A stretch of DNA of 64,000 nt, from contig DF237451.1 of NCBI GenBank assembly GCA_000708835.1, positions 3,643-67,642 on the forward strand. Reading direction: 5' to 3'. The position numbers and the translations under genes are program-made. Numbering within the stretch: position 1 is the first letter of the stretch; each line of letters starts with the position of its first letter. The DNA is from Klebsormidium nitens (taxonomy: Eukaryota; Plantae; Klebsormidiophyceae). Below, one piece after another: positions 46,591 to 64,000 of the stretch. The notes beneath the pieces were generated by a model. That model worked only from the letters and a program-made list of their open reading frames with translations. It made no database searches and was not told the DNA's origin.

Positions 46591-49500
46591 CTACCCCTTC
46601 CCCTTCTGGTGCTTCAAGTAGGCGTCGACTGGAAAGTCCGGGGCCAGGTCGATGCTCTCAGCCGGCTGCAGAAGAGGGGACTAGACGGTTGAATCTTTAC
46701 TCGGACAGCCGCGTCAGAGGCTGCGTTTGGACAACCGGGACGCAAAACCAGACGTGCAGAACAAGCTGTAAAAGGGGTGCCGGACAGACATCCCAACGGT
46801 CTGGAGTCCAATGCGAGGTTCTCGGAAAGCGGAGGGAGGCGAGAAAGAGGTATCAAAGAATAACCACCAGCTCTTTGACGGACACTTACCACGTGCCAAG
46901 CTTAGTGGATGCAACATCCAAGGGGAATACTTAGGAAAAAGGTCCGAACAGCAAGCCGCACAGGTCGGGTTGCATCATGTGGCGCCTGCGACCTTTCTCG
47001 TGCAATTCTTGGAGCACAAAGCGCAACCACGAGAGCCCTTACAGGTCGTCGAGCGCACATGCCGTGCAGGACAAGCGAAAAGCATGAGAACGAACAGACA
47101 CGGAGAAATTACAGAGTGGCAACTTTCGACGGAGCGGCGGCCAGGCTGTAATCGTCTGCCTGGATTGCTTCAGGTATTCGTTGTGGGCCGGTGCAACCTC
47201 CAAGCCTCCCCCTGCGACAGCTCGTCGTTTCCTCACCGCCCACCAGTCGAGGAGCTTGCAGAGCACGTAGTCCAGCAGCGCGACCGCGCAGAAGAGCTTC
47301 CCGGCCCACGGCCCGCACGCGTAGTAGCGCGCCAGCCGGTTCAGCAGCAGGTCCCCGCCTGGGTCCGCCCCCACGATCAGGCTGTACACGCGCTCCGTGC
47401 GCGCAGCCACGTCGTGCCAGCTGTACATCTCGCGCACCTGCGGGCGGGGAAGGCGTACAATCAGAGGTCTGGACGTTCGCGAATGGTTGAGGGGTCTGCA
47501 ATCACGAGATACTGAGGGACGATGCCGTTGATTCTTGAACGTGAGAGAGGAACTCTCGTCTCTTGCCCACTTCGGTAGGAGGTCAGTTTCACAAGAGCGA
47601 AGCAGCGTAGGTGCGGAAAGGCGAAGAAGAGCTCACAAAAGCCGACTGATCACAATAACAACTCTAGTCAGCCCTTTTCTTCCTAAAACCAGTGGAAGGG
47701 AAGGTTGAAAGCCTCACTCGCTTGTGCATCGCTGCAGGGTCAATGGTTGGAAGAAGAGTGATGGCACAGCTGACGGCTTCGACCAATTCGGACGCCCGAG
47801 GCTCCGCCAGGACGATCATGTCGGGGGGCAACACCTGGAGGGACAGAAGAAGAACCGAGTGCCTTCTATCAGCTTCGGCTCGCAATCACTTGCGCTCATT
47901 GTAAGTCGTCCGATGTAAGTCCATCACATGAGAACATAGAATCACAAAAATGTCTTCCCGCCAGAAGGGGTTGCGAATTCTTGCGTAGAGACATTTCATC
48001 TTGCTACCGGAGGGACATCTTGCAAAGAGACATCTTCCCAAGGTTCGTAACTTCGGAAAAAGAGACCCCGCCTCGTGAGGCTTGTTCTGGAGCCAGGATG
48101 AACTGAAAGTAGCCGGAACGTCAGATTTTCACGACCCCAGATCTTTTCACGCCGACCGCCGTCCGCAATCCGCATCAACAAATTATGAAACGAAGGCACA
48201 GAGGAGACACATCAAGTTGCCACTTGTCACACGACGCACCTCGGGCACTCCCCCTACGCGCGTGCTGACTGTGAGCAGGCCGCAGCTAGCGGCCTCCAGG
48301 ATGGCGATGCAGAAGGCCTCCGTGAGCGAGCTGTTGAGGAAGATGTGGCCACGTGTCAGCACGGCGCGCGCGTCCGCGTGCGGCACCTCCCCCAGCATCT
48401 CGACGCGCTCCTGCAGCCCGCACCGCTCGCGCATCTCCTCCAGCGACACGCGCTTCGGGCCGTCGCCGCCGATCACAAAGTGGACCTGAGAAGGGGGCCA
48501 AGAGGCGCTCTTGAAGGATCTATCTAAGGTCGTCTTGCAGAAAGGAAACGTAGGTTCGTTCGGCTTCAGGACGCTGGGCAACTTCAACTCGAACATATGA
48601 ATGCAGCCCACGTTCTCGGACGGGCTCTGTACTTGCCTTTAGAAAGTAGTCTGCCTCGACCAATACGAGGTCATCGTACTGCGAAGCAAGCCTCGGAAGT
48701 TTTCCGATTTGGAGACCAATAACACAGGAAGTGCACCCGTGTCGTTCAAAAACAGATTACTCGTCGAAGTTGCTGCAAACAACAGAAGAGAGGGAGGGGA
48801 GAACGTTGGCGGCGCTGCGACATACCTCGGGGTGCCTTTTGCAGATGGCCGGGATGACTTCGACGAGAAGGTCGATCCCTTTCCGATAAACCAGCCGGCT
48901 GAGCACAATGATCGTCACTCGGCCGGGCTGACGTTTGCTGACATCAGGCCGGAACACGGCAGTGTCCACTGCATTTGGGATGACGGAGATCCGATGAGGG
49001 GGCAGACCGGATCGGAGGGCCTGCAGCGGGAAATGGAAGTCAAGAGGTGAGAAAACGGAAGACAGGACGTGAACAAGACTAGAGCCCGTTGATCGTGGAT
49101 CTTCCAAGAATGGAAAGAGAGATGGTAAAGGAGACCTTCAGGCTCTCACATCCACAGCGCCGAGAGAGATGCTGCAGGTAAAAACTTACCGAATGGTGGA
49201 TACAGGGACCGGAGACAATTCGCTTTGGCGGCCCCTCGAGCCGAAGCGTTAGTCGCCTTTTGGCAACATGCACTCTGCCGCTTCGCAGAACCGAAGATTA
49301 CCGCTATCCCTGTCCTTCGAATCATGCACGGAACTTGCATCACAACCCCACAAGTGTGGCCTCACACATCGGGAAAGAGAATCACTAGAAGAGGCGAATG
49401 AGTTCCAAGTCGAGTTCCTCGTACAGCTGTTTGGCCAGGGAGCCCCCTTCCGCAAGCGGCGGCTCACTGTGTTTTCCTTGCTGGTGTGCGAGACGCAGAT

Positions 49501-51290
49501 GGCGTGGTGCACGTCGGCGAGCACGAACTTGAGGACCTTGTTCATGTGGATGCTGGCGCCGTCCGCAAAGCCAAACAGGCTGTGGTCCGTGAACGCCACC
49601 TTGTAGCCCAGCGTGCGCCCGTGCAGCATCGCCTCGTGGGCGAGGCACGAAAACGCCTGCGCGGCAAGGGGGCGTGGGGCAGCTGCTCGACGATGGTAGT
49701 CAACGAAGTACGATCCAAGTCACCGGTATTTTGCCATGGTTACAAGCAGGACGGATGGAAAACATAGACCACCGGTGGTCTCTCGATGAATCCTGTCGGT
49801 GTAATCACTCGTAAACTTGAAGGAACGGCGGTGGCAGACTTGGGCAATCCGGGCCATCGATATGAGGGCTCAAGGGGATCCTTACAGCTATTGTTGAAAG
49901 TGTCCTGAGTTTCAGGCCTAAAAACTCAGGCACAGGCACTGATGGGGGAAAGGAGGATGCTTATTCCACAAGTAAGACATGACAATCGCTTGAAGGTGGA
50001 TATCACAGAGGTGTGTAAAGGGCCAGCTGCCCTCAAGATTCGGCCCTGAGATCCAAAGAGGGCAAAAAGAAGGAGCACAAAAGGGGACATATCGTTCCTC
50101 CTCCATTGTAAAGCAGAGACCAAAAGAAGGGATAGGGGCATGTTACGAGGCATCAGATCACTGAACCCGTTCATATCGGGTTAGGTTTTAAACGTGCGCT
50201 GAAGAAAGTCGGTTTCTTCCCTTCTCAAACAAGAACGAGTGAGAGAACAAATCCGGCTGACTGGATTCCGAGCATCTGCTCGGGGCCGGCCAGCATCTTG
50301 TTCGACAGAGAACAGTCACTACATGTGCCCCATGCCCCCGCACCTGGTGGCCGTGAATGACGGAGATCCTCTCCCTGATCAGGATGACGCGCACGATGGG
50401 CAGTGTGCTGTAGATGGTGGGGAACGTGCTCTGGCAGTAGAACGGCAGCCGCGGGATGTAGTACACCTTGAGCCCGTTGGTCATCCAGCGCACGCCGCTG
50501 CGGTTGCCGTATGCGTGGGTGAGCACCACCACCTGGCCAGTGGGAAATGCAACTTTTTAGAAGTGTCTTGGTCGTCAAAAGAGTGTTTGTTAAACTGATG
50601 AATGAAGAGCGGTTGCACATTGAGCCTCCCTCTCAAGACCAACATTGTACGGCAAGAGCGATGACGGAGTTCACGAGCTGTCGTTCGCCAGATGGAGCAG
50701 GGGACTGGCAACCACCACCTGGATTGAGGCAGCATGATGCAAGGCTTTCAGGAAGGGGCATAAGGGCTGACGGAGGTAGTAAACAATGCCAACTGGAGGA
50801 TGCTTGTATGCTAGCGCCGCGACAAAGAGCAGCAGAGAGTGATCTGATCTACAGAGTGGCCCCAATAGCATGGGCAATGGGGGCTCTCAGCTTTTAATGC
50901 ACTTGTCCAGAGGGAGGGCCCAGTGTGGTTGTAGCTTTTCGAAGGCTGCCAGGACTGGCTCATCGATGGGGCACCAAAAGAGAAACTCTGCTAACAAAGG
51001 CAGCGCTGACCAGCTACGCCAATGACTGAGGAAGTGCGCTCAGCTCTGAGCTGCAATGGTGTCATGGTGTCTGTGATCTCTGATGCAAAGGCGCGTTGGT
51101 CCCAGAGTTTGCTATGTGAAATCTGAGTCCTCACCTTGTGGCCCCTCTGCAGCAGGCACTGGCTGAGATAGTAGATGTGGTTCTCAACGCCGCCAAAGTT
51201 GGGGTAGAAGAAGTCGGACACCATGAGAATGCGGTGCCTCTGCCGTCCATCGCACAGTGTCTCTCCTCCTTCATCGTCTGCGGCGTCCAT
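46591..51290 (-). CDS. PIGA: Phosphatidylinositol N-acetylglucosaminyltransferase subunit A (PIG-A/GPI3/SETH2), 8 exons
   Basis: [33 protein letters not shown] | [27 protein letters not shown] | ...[11 protein letters not shown] | ...[12 protein letters not shown] | [10 protein letters not shown]...[37 protein letters not shown] | ...[15 protein letters not shown]...LLDWWA | [12 protein letters not shown]...* (last exon 46591-46665). Confidence 0.96.
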
Positions 51291-51580
51291 CCACCGACAG
51301 CGCACACTCTCATACCCTGTCTACTGGAATGCACAAAACGGAAAAAAGGCGGGCGCCAACGCATCAACACAAAAGACGGGAGCGTGCATTTGGTGTTGAA
51401 AACTGGACGATCAACAAAGTGGGGAAGAGGTTCTTCCCATTGCTTCAGCCCCCCTTCAGCTCAGCCCAAAACCCTAATCTCAGCAAACCCTAAAAGCTGA
51501 ATGCATGGGCCTTTCCCTCGGGTGTACGAGCAAACCTACTTTTCGTAATTCAGCCTTCTGTGGCGCTTTCTGTGGCCCCC
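51291..51580. promoter_or_regulatory. Compact bidirectional promoter between PIGA and the DEAH helicase, with two telo-boxes and two site II motifs
   Basis: Divergent ATGs 290 bp apart. AAACCCTAA at 51469-51477 and 51485-51493; AGCCCA at 51463-51468 and TGGGCC at 51506-51511. Confidence 0.65.
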
Positions 51581-57023
<5,443 letters not shown>

Positions 57024-58273
57024 GGCGGAAGAATGGCCGGGGCACCGGGTAGAGCCCAAAGACTGTCTTTTAACGTCGGCGTTCGAAGTGCGAGGTGCGT
57101 TTGGAGGTTCTGCTTTGCTATTTCTAAAAGTCCGTTCCGAGCAGTCTCGGTCCGAGGATTTTTTGCGTAATGGGCGGTGCGAACTTGGGTTGCTCGCAGG
57201 CGCCAATCCTGCTGGCTTTTTCTTGGTTTCTCAAAGTTGAGTGGCGACTGCGTAATAGCCAACGACGTTTGCGTTGGCATCACTTTAAAAAGCGCCTTTT
57301 CGGGGCAGCCATGGTGAATTTCCGCCCAGCCCAAAGACGATTAAACCGTTCACGGCGTTCCCACGATTCTTCATGAACAAAAGGTGGCTTTCTTGTGAGC
57401 GTTGAGACAGGACCTATTTCGCAACACATGCACGTCGTCTTTGAACTAACTCATAAGGATGCGGCTGCTGGTCCAAGAATTCTGACTCACTTCGCGACCT
57501 TCTTGCAGGAAGCGGGAGGACCATAGAGGCGTCAAATATTGCAATCCTACCCCTCATCTGAGTGAGAGTTGTTATAAGATTTGTTGCATGTAATCAACTA
57601 TGTCAGATGCTGCTAATCGTATATCACGCACCTGGTATATTTGTGGCATTCTATCACAATCAAGTCGTTGGCTTGGCCATGCCTGGTGCAATTTACATGA
57701 GGGATTCGACCGTTACAATGACGTTTACATGCATTTTCTCCCCGCGAATGGCATACAAACATCCTCATTCCAAGACGCTTGCGGTCGCTAGCTCAGCTGC
57801 ATAGATCCACATGCATGGGGGAGCGGGCAGTGCACATATAGCCGCCCGCTTTCCAGCGGCCTTCACTGACTGTCCATACGTACAGAATTGCGCAAGAGCT
57901 CGTGAGCTCTTGCCGAGGCGATTGGGTCGGATGCATATAAATTTTGGGTCACTCATCAAGTGACGGTTCGCAATCACAAGATAGCCACAATGATGCCCGT
58001 AAGTCTTCCTGCCATGCATGATGGGCGCGCTGGACGGTCGGACAGACTACATCGACATATGCAGTCTCAAGTCCAGCTATGTGCATCTCATCCACAAATA
58101 TCGTGACGCCATTATTGAGCCTCATGTCATCTAAGTTGCCGTGTTCGTCCAAGCCGACAAGCTTGAACATGTCCGGTCACCCTTGGTTCCATTCTCGGCT
58201 CAGGTCTCAAACGCTTTGTTTTCTACGGTCACCTGTTCGGACCCTTGCAAGCAGCCTCAGATCGTGCTTGGTG

Positions 58274-61200
58274 TCATGATTGCGAACTGCCCCAGCCGGG
58301 TAACAGACGTGGCCGTTTCCGCTCCATCAACCGCCTGCAGACGCAAGCACGGCTTTAGGCACTCCCCATATGAGCCAGAATCTGATCCTCCTACAGGACC
58401 TTAGCTCGCAAGCACTAACCTGCAATGCAACCGAACGTCCATCGGTTCAGGTCGGAGTCCTGACGACGCACGAATGATCACACTTAAGTGGTCTAAAAGA
58501 AGCTGTTCATAACCGGGATAAGGCATGTTGCTGCGCTTGCTTACCTTTTGTACTCCTTGGTTCGCTCCCTGAAAGCCGACGGAACGTCTTGCCCTTCGTA
58601 CGACTTGAGAACGGCGCGTGCGTCAGAGGGGCGCTGCCGGGCAAAGACTGCAGCATTCGAAGGACAAGGGACTTTCGTTTTCAAAGCAGACTTACCAAGA
58701 AGCATTCTCCGTGCTCGTCAAAAAAGTGCTTGTAGAAGAATGAGCTATTCAATGAGTTCGTTTGTCATCGACATTGGTCGCACCAACCGGAATATATGCT
58801 AGACTTGGTTGATATCGCTCGACACCGCAGGCCCTGCCAGTGGTCTCTCTGCCGATCTTTATTAGGCACGAAGCGGACAAAATGTTCTTCTGACGAACTC
58901 GAGTGAAGAAAACGCATCTTGGGCTGCTCCTATTGACAGCCTCCCATCATGAGCTGGAAAGTTCCGGATAGCCCCCTGAGCACAGGCCCAAGAAGCGCTT
59001 CTTACGGCGGCCGTGCGATGTGAAGTCGCATATCACTGTGCAATCGCACTCGAGAGGAAAAAGCTGGTGCGACAATGCTTCGGTTACATTGTTCGTCGTC
59101 CGAAGCGCAGCACGGCCTCACATTCTAGGAAGGGCAGGTGGTCCAGCAGCGCGGTGTCGTTGGTGTCCATCTTCCAGGGCTGCACCGTGAGCACGTTCTC
59201 CGGCTGCGCGCACTCCGCCGCGCCATGCCCGCTCACGAAGATGACATGCGACAGGTCGCGGTTCAACTTCGACAGGTCCTGCGCGCAGGAACAGGCCCAC
59301 GGGGGTCAGTATTGCAGAGAAATAGAAGCATTTAAGCTCGAAAGTATGCACAAAGTGGAGTATTATTTGTTTGACGCTCGATGATAGATCGCGAATCTGG
59401 ACGGGTCCTGCGTGTCAAGAGTGAAGACGCACGGGGTTTATGTAAGGTGAAAGCGCAAACCCATGCAGAGCAGGTGAAGAAAATGGGATGGTCGTAAAAA
59501 ACATTGAGTGTGGTTGCGTCCTAATGAACTGCGAAAGTTGAGTTCGAAGGTCAGCGGATTACGATGCAGTTTCGACAAGTCGGACTCTTGTAAAAGGCCA
59601 ACTTCGACCTCAGGACTCAATTCAAGATGAAGGCTCGTCCGGTTACAGTAAGTGACAGAGCAGGAAGCACGAATCATGCTGACGTGGCACTTCGTTCAGG
59701 TGAAGCTCGAATTGCAACACGTCCACACCTTTTGGAAGGAACCCAACCTTTGTCCTCGAACCAGAAAAACTCGGTCAAACTAGTCTTCACACCCGCACTT
59801 TGATTAAAAAGAACCCTTGAACTGCCAGATTTTCTGCACGAAATCACAACTAGGGCGGGTGGAGACTCTCACCCGCATGTGTTTCCCGTGGGTGTAGTGC
59901 GTGGCGTCGCGGTACAGGCGGTAGCGCACGCAGCCCTTGGGATCCAGGCGGTCCATGATGGGGTCCACGTACTGCAGTGACACCCAAAGCACGTGACGCG
60001 AGATCAAACACTTTGCGTACAAGCACCATTTTCAGGCCCAGGACAATTTTCGAGCTCAAAGAGCGGGCCCGGAAATCAGGAGAGCACAGAGCTGTGCCAA
60101 ACACCGTTGATTGAAAATCCCGCAGTGAAAAAATGAATCCCCAGTACGTTCGTCAGAAAGTATGTCTCCTTTTCTATGTTACCTATCACAAGGACGACGA
60201 TTCTCCAGGGCTCTCATCTGCCGCTGCCGCTGGACTGGAATTACTTGCCCACGTGAGTGAATAGGCAGGGGACCACTACTGGACAGCGGATGCACAGCAA
60301 AAGCCCTCCTAGCACGGGCGTGTTCTCACCAGGTTGAGCTGGTCGCTGAAGACGACAATCTCGTAGTAAGGGGCCAGCTGCTCTAGGAACTCAGTCGCAC
60401 CAGGCCGCTTGAACGTGCGCCACCCACGCTCGCGCTGCATTAGTAGATGACTGGGGCGAATCAGGTACAATACCCCCATGAAAACAGAGTTCAGCTAGTC
60501 GCGGCATCGAAGCGGCGTCGCAATAATGGACTGCAATCCAGTCAAAGAAATAGGGAGGAATTATAGTAGAGCCAGTGGGGTGCCTCCATCATTTCATGTT
60601 CTTACCACGAAACTCGACCAGTAGTGTCTGGCTGGAGTTGCCCTGCTGTTATAATCCTGATAAAACGGTAGGCAATCACAGGGCCGCGTACGCACCTTCC
60701 AATCCGAGTAGACAAGTGTGTCGTTCAGGTCCAGAACAAGCGTGTACACCAGCGGTTGCTCGCCGGGCCGCAGGTCCGGAAGCAGCTTTTCCGACGATGG
60801 GCGGGAGAAACTCTGTAAACGAAGGTAAAGCTTTTCAGAAAGCACCTCAGGCTCAATCGAATTTCGAAGGTGTACAGGAGCTCAGTGGGCAATGATCAAC
60901 AAAGCTTCAAGGAAAAAAGGACGACTTTGATAATCCAGTGGTAAGTGGCGGCAACGAATTGGCAAATCGAGAATTATGAGTTTCTTGATTTCTTGTATTC
61001 AGACACGTACCTGGACTTGCTGCTCAATGTTTTGGCGCGCTTCCAGGTACTGCTCCCCGACCGTGGTCGCCGCTGCGCAAAACCAACCAGCAATAAGCGC
61101 GTGCTTCAAAGATACACAACGTGCAATTCTTGCTTTTGCTCGATTCTAAAGCAGGGCTAGGGACACCGTGTCAAGTGTGGACAGAGCATCATGCCACAGT

Positions 61201-62272
61201 CTTGGTGTCTCTGCTTGGAAATCCTCAGAAGGTACATGACTCGTCAAAGGAAGAATCTAAAACCTGCCCAAGCAATCAAAAAACCGTTTGATAAGCAAAC
61301 TTGAGATCTTACCATTTGCTAGCATATGCTCGGGGCCGCTCGTCTCGTCTTTCCATTGCCGGAGCTCGTTCACTTTCTTCTCCATCTGCTCCAGGTCGTA
61401 AGCTGTACACAATCGACGATGATGCTAAGTAGATTGCTATGACACGACAGGGTCCGTCTGAAAGCAGCCAAGGAGCCTCCCTTGACTTACTTGACAGGGC
61501 AACACAGTTGGTACACTTCTGGAATTTGTGACAACGTCAACGTCTCAGAAGGTAAATCTAGAAGGCTGGATGCAGCAGCCATGCATGAACCAGCCACGAT
61601 GAGCTTTCATAAGATTGAAGCAATTGCGTCTTAAGGCATTTTTGGTGATTCTCAACATTGATATTGAACCACAAGCCATCCAACTTGCCCCAATGAAAGT
61701 TCAAAGTAAGTTCCTGACTGCCAATATTTGTGTGACACATCATTTACCCTTCTGGACACCAACCCAGATCTCAGAAAAGAAGCGCACCACCACCTCTTAC
61801 CGTATGTAGCATAGCCTGCCGCCCCAATTGCTGCGGCGCTCGTCAAGCCCAGCGCCAGCTTGAAACTTCGCCACAAGGCAGACTGGGGGCCAGGAGGGGG
61901 CGTCCCTGCGGCCGCTCCTGCTTCCTGGCTTGCACTCTCGACCGCCGCACCGACGGCTGCAGCAGGAGCGGCGGATGCAGGCGTTGGCGGGGGTGGCGGG
62001 GGAGGGGTGGGCGCAGGCGGGGCAGCATTCCCATTGGCTGCAGAAGCGAACCCTCTAACGACGGGAGAAGCAGCAGACGGAAATGAAGCTGATCCTTCTA
62101 CAGGAGCTGCGCCGGCTGTCCAAAGACCGCGTAGGAAGGGGATGGGGGAAAAAGGGCTTTGAGTAGCCTCGACCGGGTTTGTCACGGTTGACAGCGACCG
62201 GACAAAAGTCGAGACGTGGGGCTCCATGCGCAGGTGACGCTGTAGGCGCCGTAGCGCCGTCAGATCTCTCAT
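58274..62272 (-). CDS. TIM50: Mitochondrial import inner membrane translocase subunit TIM50 (FCP1/NIF-like domain), about 9 exons
   Basis: Presequence-like MRDLTALRRLQRHLR...VRSLST; TM segment ALGLTSAAAIGAAGYATY; then PSSEKLLPDL...TLVLDLNDTLVYSDWK | RERGWRTFKRPG...LEQLAPYYEIVVFSDQL | YVDPIMDRLDPKGCVRYRLYRDAT | DLSKLNRDLS...PENVL...DTALLDHLPFLE. ATG is 62272 or 62227. Confidence 0.93.
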
Positions 62273-62701
62273 TGTGCACCACCAGAGGAGATGTAACTGG
62301 AAAAATGAAAGCTCACGTCCTTTGACTTGCGGCAATATGCGAAGGCTTCAGCGTTTCAGAGCAACGCTTCACCTGCACAGCAACAGTATATGCGCTGGTG
62401 AAGCAGTTTCAAAAGAGGTACGGCGAGCTGACCCTAGGCCTAGGGATCTAGAGGCACAGGGAAATAGCGCCCTGGGCCCTGTTTTCCTGTGCCTAGTTTT
62501 TCATTCATACTTCAATTAGAAGGCCGTAGCTTTCGCCATGGACCTTAAATGCTGCTCATGACATTGAAAGCTTCTCCTCAAATTATGTCATCAACACAAA
62601 GGCGCGAAACCTTGAGCGCCCGGGGGACATGTGGATTGACGACGACTGTCAAGGTTGTCGCTAAAAGGCGTCGCTTTTGCCGTCTCCCCTGTTTTGACAG
62701 G

Positions 62702-63169
62702 TACCGTAGATGATTCCGAATAAATAAATAAATATCTGCGTTCGGAAAGTCAGAAACTCCGATTTTCCATTCGGAAAGTGAAAATTCGGAAACGTAAAAT
62801 AANNNNNNNNNNNNNNNNNNNNNNNNNNNNNNNNNNNNNNNNNNNNNNNNNNNNNNNNNNNNNNNNNNNNNNNNNNNNNNNNNNNNNNNNNNNNNNNNNN
62901 NNNNNNNNNNNNNNNNNNNNNNNNNNNNNNNNNNNNNNNNNNNNNNNNNNNNNNNNNNNNNNNNNNNNNNNNNNNNNNNNNNNNNNNNNNNNNNNNNNNN
63001 NNNNNNNNNNNNNNNNNNNNNNNNNNNNNNNNNNNNNNNNNNNNNNNNNNNNNNNNNNNNNNNNNNNNNNNNNNNNNNNNNNNNNNNNNNNNNNNNNNNN
63101 NNNNNNNNNNNNNNNNNNNNNNNNNNNNNNNNNNNNNNNNNNNNNNNNNNNNNNNNNNNNACTACGGTA
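62702..63169. mobile_element. Probable mariner-type MITE spanning the assembly gap
   Basis: TACCGTAG at 62702-62709 left of the gap and CTACGGTA at 63162-63169 immediately right of it. AT-rich interior with repeated TTCGGAAAGT. Only 8 bp of the right TIR is visible. Confidence 0.45.
62803..63160. other. Assembly gap (358 N)
   Basis: Run of N. Confidence 1.
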
Positions 63170-63589
63170 ACGATGGCCGCCTGTTCCCGGGGCCTACCAA
63201 ATGAAGTTCGGTGTTAAATGAACGGTCGCGATGCGCCCGCTCCGATCGGACGGTGGAGATGCGTTAACGATCGTGCCGGATTCGGCAGTGACGGTAAATT
63301 TTCTTGCATGTACCGGAGAGGACGCCACGTAGGCTCCCCCCCACGACGGTTCCGGACAGATTCGATCACCGGTGCGTCGAATCGTCGGAACTTAGGGCCA
63401 AGCGACCGGGTACAAGCGGCCAAGGTCGGGGCTCAGGCACTTAGGGAGAGGCCGTCGAGTCCAAAAGGCAACTTCGAGGGCCCGGGAAATACGGGCCGGG
63501 TAGCAGCAGGCAGGTGGAGGCGCACGGGGCTTAGGGAGGTCCGTCCCCCTCAAAGTGGGGCAAGGAGGCGTGGTAACCATGGAGTCTAG

Positions 63590-64000
63590 GCTAGTCTACA
63601 ACATTTTAGCAATGCTTTGAGCCATATAGAGCGAGACACCGTAGAGAGCATTGCGTCAGGTGGGATTAGGGTTGACTTTGTGAGCTGCCAGGAGCGAGTC
63701 GCTGTTAAGTGTCTCACGTGCGCTCACCGCATTTGGGTCAAGAGCAAAAAGCCTACTGGTCTCATGACGCTTGCATGGCGCAAGAGCGACCGTGGCGCTC
63801 TGATGGGCTACGTGATCAGTGCTGGAGTTCCAAAGGCCAAGCAATGCAAGCAGATTGTGTGCTTGAGTTGCGTCCATAACCTGCTCGGCGTGGTGACGGA
63901 AAGCGGAGATGGATTGCTTGTCACATTAAGCGGCAGGAAGGATGGCGGACAAGACACGCTCATCTTGCGGCGGCAGAGGGGGGAAGAACCTTGGAGTCAA
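63590..64000 (+). other. Open frame of 137 codons running off the window end; possible exon of an unidentified gene
   Basis: After CTAG (63586-63589, a stop or 3' splice site) the frame reads ASLQHFSNALSHIERDTVESIASGGIRVDFVSCQERVAVKCLTCAHRIWVKSKKPTGLMTLAWRKSDRGALMGYVISAGVPKAKQCKQIVCLSCVHNLLGVV... with no stop to the edge. It is absent from the ORF track. Confidence 0.35.

Noticed and set aside
60700-60760. TIM50 as an active FCP1-type phosphatase
   Set aside because: The motif is DLNDT rather than DxDxT; a degenerate motif is normal for plant TIM50.

Overview
Eukaryotic nuclear DNA with GC-rich exons and short GT-AG introns. The gene content (SPA, MRL1-type PPR, plant-type PGM family, telo-box/site II promoter) suggests a streptophyte alga such as Klebsormidium; this is inferred, not verified. 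Eight conserved multi-exon genes were reconstructed: a sacsin/NOV-like GHKL ATPase (-, runs off the left edge), DRG1 GTPase (-), SPA (+), MRL1-like PPR (-), a histidine-phosphatase/PGM-family protein (+), PIG-A (-), a DHX35/DEAH9-like helicase (+) and TIM50 (-). Intergenic DNA holds several non-autonomous TIR elements, including a 702-bp element with a 7-bp TSD, and an assembly gap lies at 62803-63160. The most unusual feature is an unrecognised gene at about 10.1-14.1 kb (+), which the ORF track shows only as fragments. Its exons join in consistent splice phase and need no frameshift, yet it carries at least 11-13 in-frame stops, all TGA or TAA. This points to locus-targeted C-to-T hypermutation, or less likely to recoding. 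Neighbouring tracts show two distinct decay-like signatures (CATG-rich and CTA/TAG-rich). No rRNA, tRNA or CRISPR array was seen.
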